From Vicinamibacteria bacterium (lineage in GTDB: Bacteria > Acidobacteriota > Vicinamibacteria > Marinacidobacterales > Marinacidobacteraceae), in the NCBI GenBank assembly GCA_963555995.3, contig OY821641.1, forward strand, positions 2,174,867-2,238,866: a stretch of DNA of 64,000 bases, given 5' to 3'. The notes beneath the pieces are model-generated. The model searched no databases and was not told the DNA's origin. It was given only the letters and a program-made list of their open reading frames with translations. The position numbers and the translations under genes are program-made. Numbering within the stretch: position 1 is the stretch's first letter; every line of letters begins with the position of its first letter. This document shows positions 62,993 to 64,000 of this stretch, one piece after another.

Positions 62993-64000
62993 CTACACCG
63001 CCTGCGAAAGCGAGAACGAACCCGTGCTGTTCCCGAAGCTCTCCAGATCGTCCATCCCCAGCTTGTGCAGCAGCGTCAGCATCACGTTCGCCAGCGGGGT
63101 TCCCGGCTCGGCCCGCAGGTGCAGGTTGTGCTCCAGCGCGCCGTTCGCGCCGCCCGCCACGAAGAACGGGACACGCTTGTGGTTGTGGATGTTCGGATCG
63201 CCCATCGGAGACCCGTACAGGATCATCGTCTTGTCGAGCAGCGTCCGGTCGTCCTCCTGGATGCTCCGCAGCTTCTCCATGAAGTACGGGACCAGGCTCA
63301 CGTGGTACCGGTTGATGCGCCCCAGGATTTCGACGCGCTCGGGATCGTTGCCGTGGTGCGACGCCGGATGGAAGGCGGTGGCCTCGCCGCTGTCCGGATA
63401 CACCCGGCTGGAGGCGTCCCGGCCCAGCTTGAAGCTGAACACCCGGGTCATGTCCGACTGGAAGGCCAGCGCCTGCAGGTCGAACATGATCTTCACGTGC
63501 TCGTCGAACGAGTCCGGCACCCCGGACGGGGCGTCGGGAAGCTCGCGGAGCTCCCCGCTGGTGTTCCGTTCCACGATGCGCTCGATCCGCCGCTCCATCT
63601 CCCGGATGTCGGTCATGTAGCGGTCCATCCGCCGCACGTCCTCGGCGTCCAGCGTCCCCTTCAGCCGGCTCACTTCGGAGCCGATGAAGTCCAGCACGCT
63701 CTGGCGGGCCTGCTGGCGGGCCACCCGGCCCTCCGGCGTGCCGCCGGCGCCGAACAACTGGTCGAAGACGATGCGCGGGTCGCGCGTCATCGGCAGCGGC
63801 TCGGTCGGTGACGCCCAACTGATGGTGTCCGTATAGACGCACGCATAGCCGTAGGCGCAGCCGCCCGCCTGGTCCACCGTCTCGATGCAGAGCTGCATCG
63901 AGGGGATCGGGGTGTCCTGGCCGAAGCGCTGCGCGTACATCTGATCGAAGGAGGTTCCCGCAAACACGTCCGAACTCTCGGTCTGCTTGGGATACGACTG
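62993..64000 (-). CDS. DUF1552-family protein, 5'-partial (N-terminus beyond the window)
   Basis: FHPASHHGNDPE (the HxxSHH-type block), MILYGSPMGDPNIHNHKRVPFFVAGG and LANVMLTLLHKLG are typical of DUF1552. The frame stays open to position 64000. Confidence 0.85.
   Translation of the reverse strand, partial: QSYPKQTESSDVFAGTSFDQMYAQRFGQDTPIPSMQLCIETVDQAGGCAYGYACVYTDTISWASPTEPLPMTRDPRIVFDQLFGAGGTPEGRVARQQARQSVLDFIGSEVSRLKGTLDAEDVRRMDRYMTDIREMERRIERIVERNTSGELRELPDAPSGVPDSFDEHVKIMFDLQALAFQSDMTRVFSFKLGRDASSRVYPDSGEATAFHPASHHGNDPERVEILGRINRYHVSLVPYFMEKLRSIQEDDRTLLDKTMILYGSPMGDPNIHNHKRVPFFVAGGANGALEHNLHLRAEPGTPLANVMLTLLHKLGMDDLESFGNSTGSFSLSQAV

Noticed and set aside
1-64000. Search by eye for tRNA, rRNA, riboswitch or T-box leaders, for example upstream of metG, the APC permease and the ABC operons.
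   Set aside because: No cloverleaf-like or conserved riboswitch cores were recognised. Intergenic regions are short or occupied by REP modules. A proper tRNAscan-SE/Infernal scan is needed to exclude them formally.

Overview
This is a high-GC (roughly 70% by eye), tightly packed bacterial chromosomal segment. I support about 52 protein-coding genes and found no rRNA, tRNA or CRISPR array.

Gene content:
- Housekeeping genes: lepA-hemW and metG.
- Transporters: an APC permease, a MOP/MATE-like protein, NhaC, a sodium:solute symporter, an MFS protein, a Liv-like ABC operon carrying two adenylate-forming ligases, and an Fbp-like iron ABC system.
- Secreted peptidases and hydrolases: an M14-like protein, M28-PDZ, M48, HtrA-like, a D-aminoacylase, three tandem amidohydrolases, a creatininase-family protein and an MBL-fold hydrolase.
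- F420-related genes: cofE and npdG.
- Two type II toxin-antitoxin pairs: a PIN/VapC toxin with a Phd-like antitoxin, and hipBA.
- Two orphan AAA-type ATPases.
- Planctomycete-type uncharacterised modules: DUF1549/DUF1553 with DUF1501, and DUF1552.

This gene content suggests an environmental Gemmatimonadota-, Acidobacteriota- or Planctomycetota-like organism. That is a low-confidence inference.

Many adjacent genes overlap by 4 nt (GTGA or ATGA), which implies translational coupling. Most long ORFs in the six-frame track are antisense GC artefacts.

The most unusual content is non-coding. A family of GC-rich double-hairpin REP/MITE-like modules (about two dozen, counted by eye) occupies 10 intergenic loci. 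Paired, stem-preserving substitutions between copies suggest the hairpins are under selection. The family includes a 1.4 kb head-to-tail array of near-identical 279-bp composite units at 4926-6331. A 5'-truncated IS110-family transposase relic sits next to one of these modules.

Other points worth follow-up:
- a perfect 20+20 bp AT-centred palindrome overlapping the likely promoter of a DUF4143 ATPase gene;
- a DUF1549/1553-DUF1501-FGE-like cluster ending in a Tat-signal-bearing ICL/PEP-mutase-family protein;
- an amidohydrolase trio in which only the middle paralog keeps the HxH metal motif.

I did not find a convincing novel multi-gene defence system. All family assignments come from motif recognition by eye and need database confirmation.
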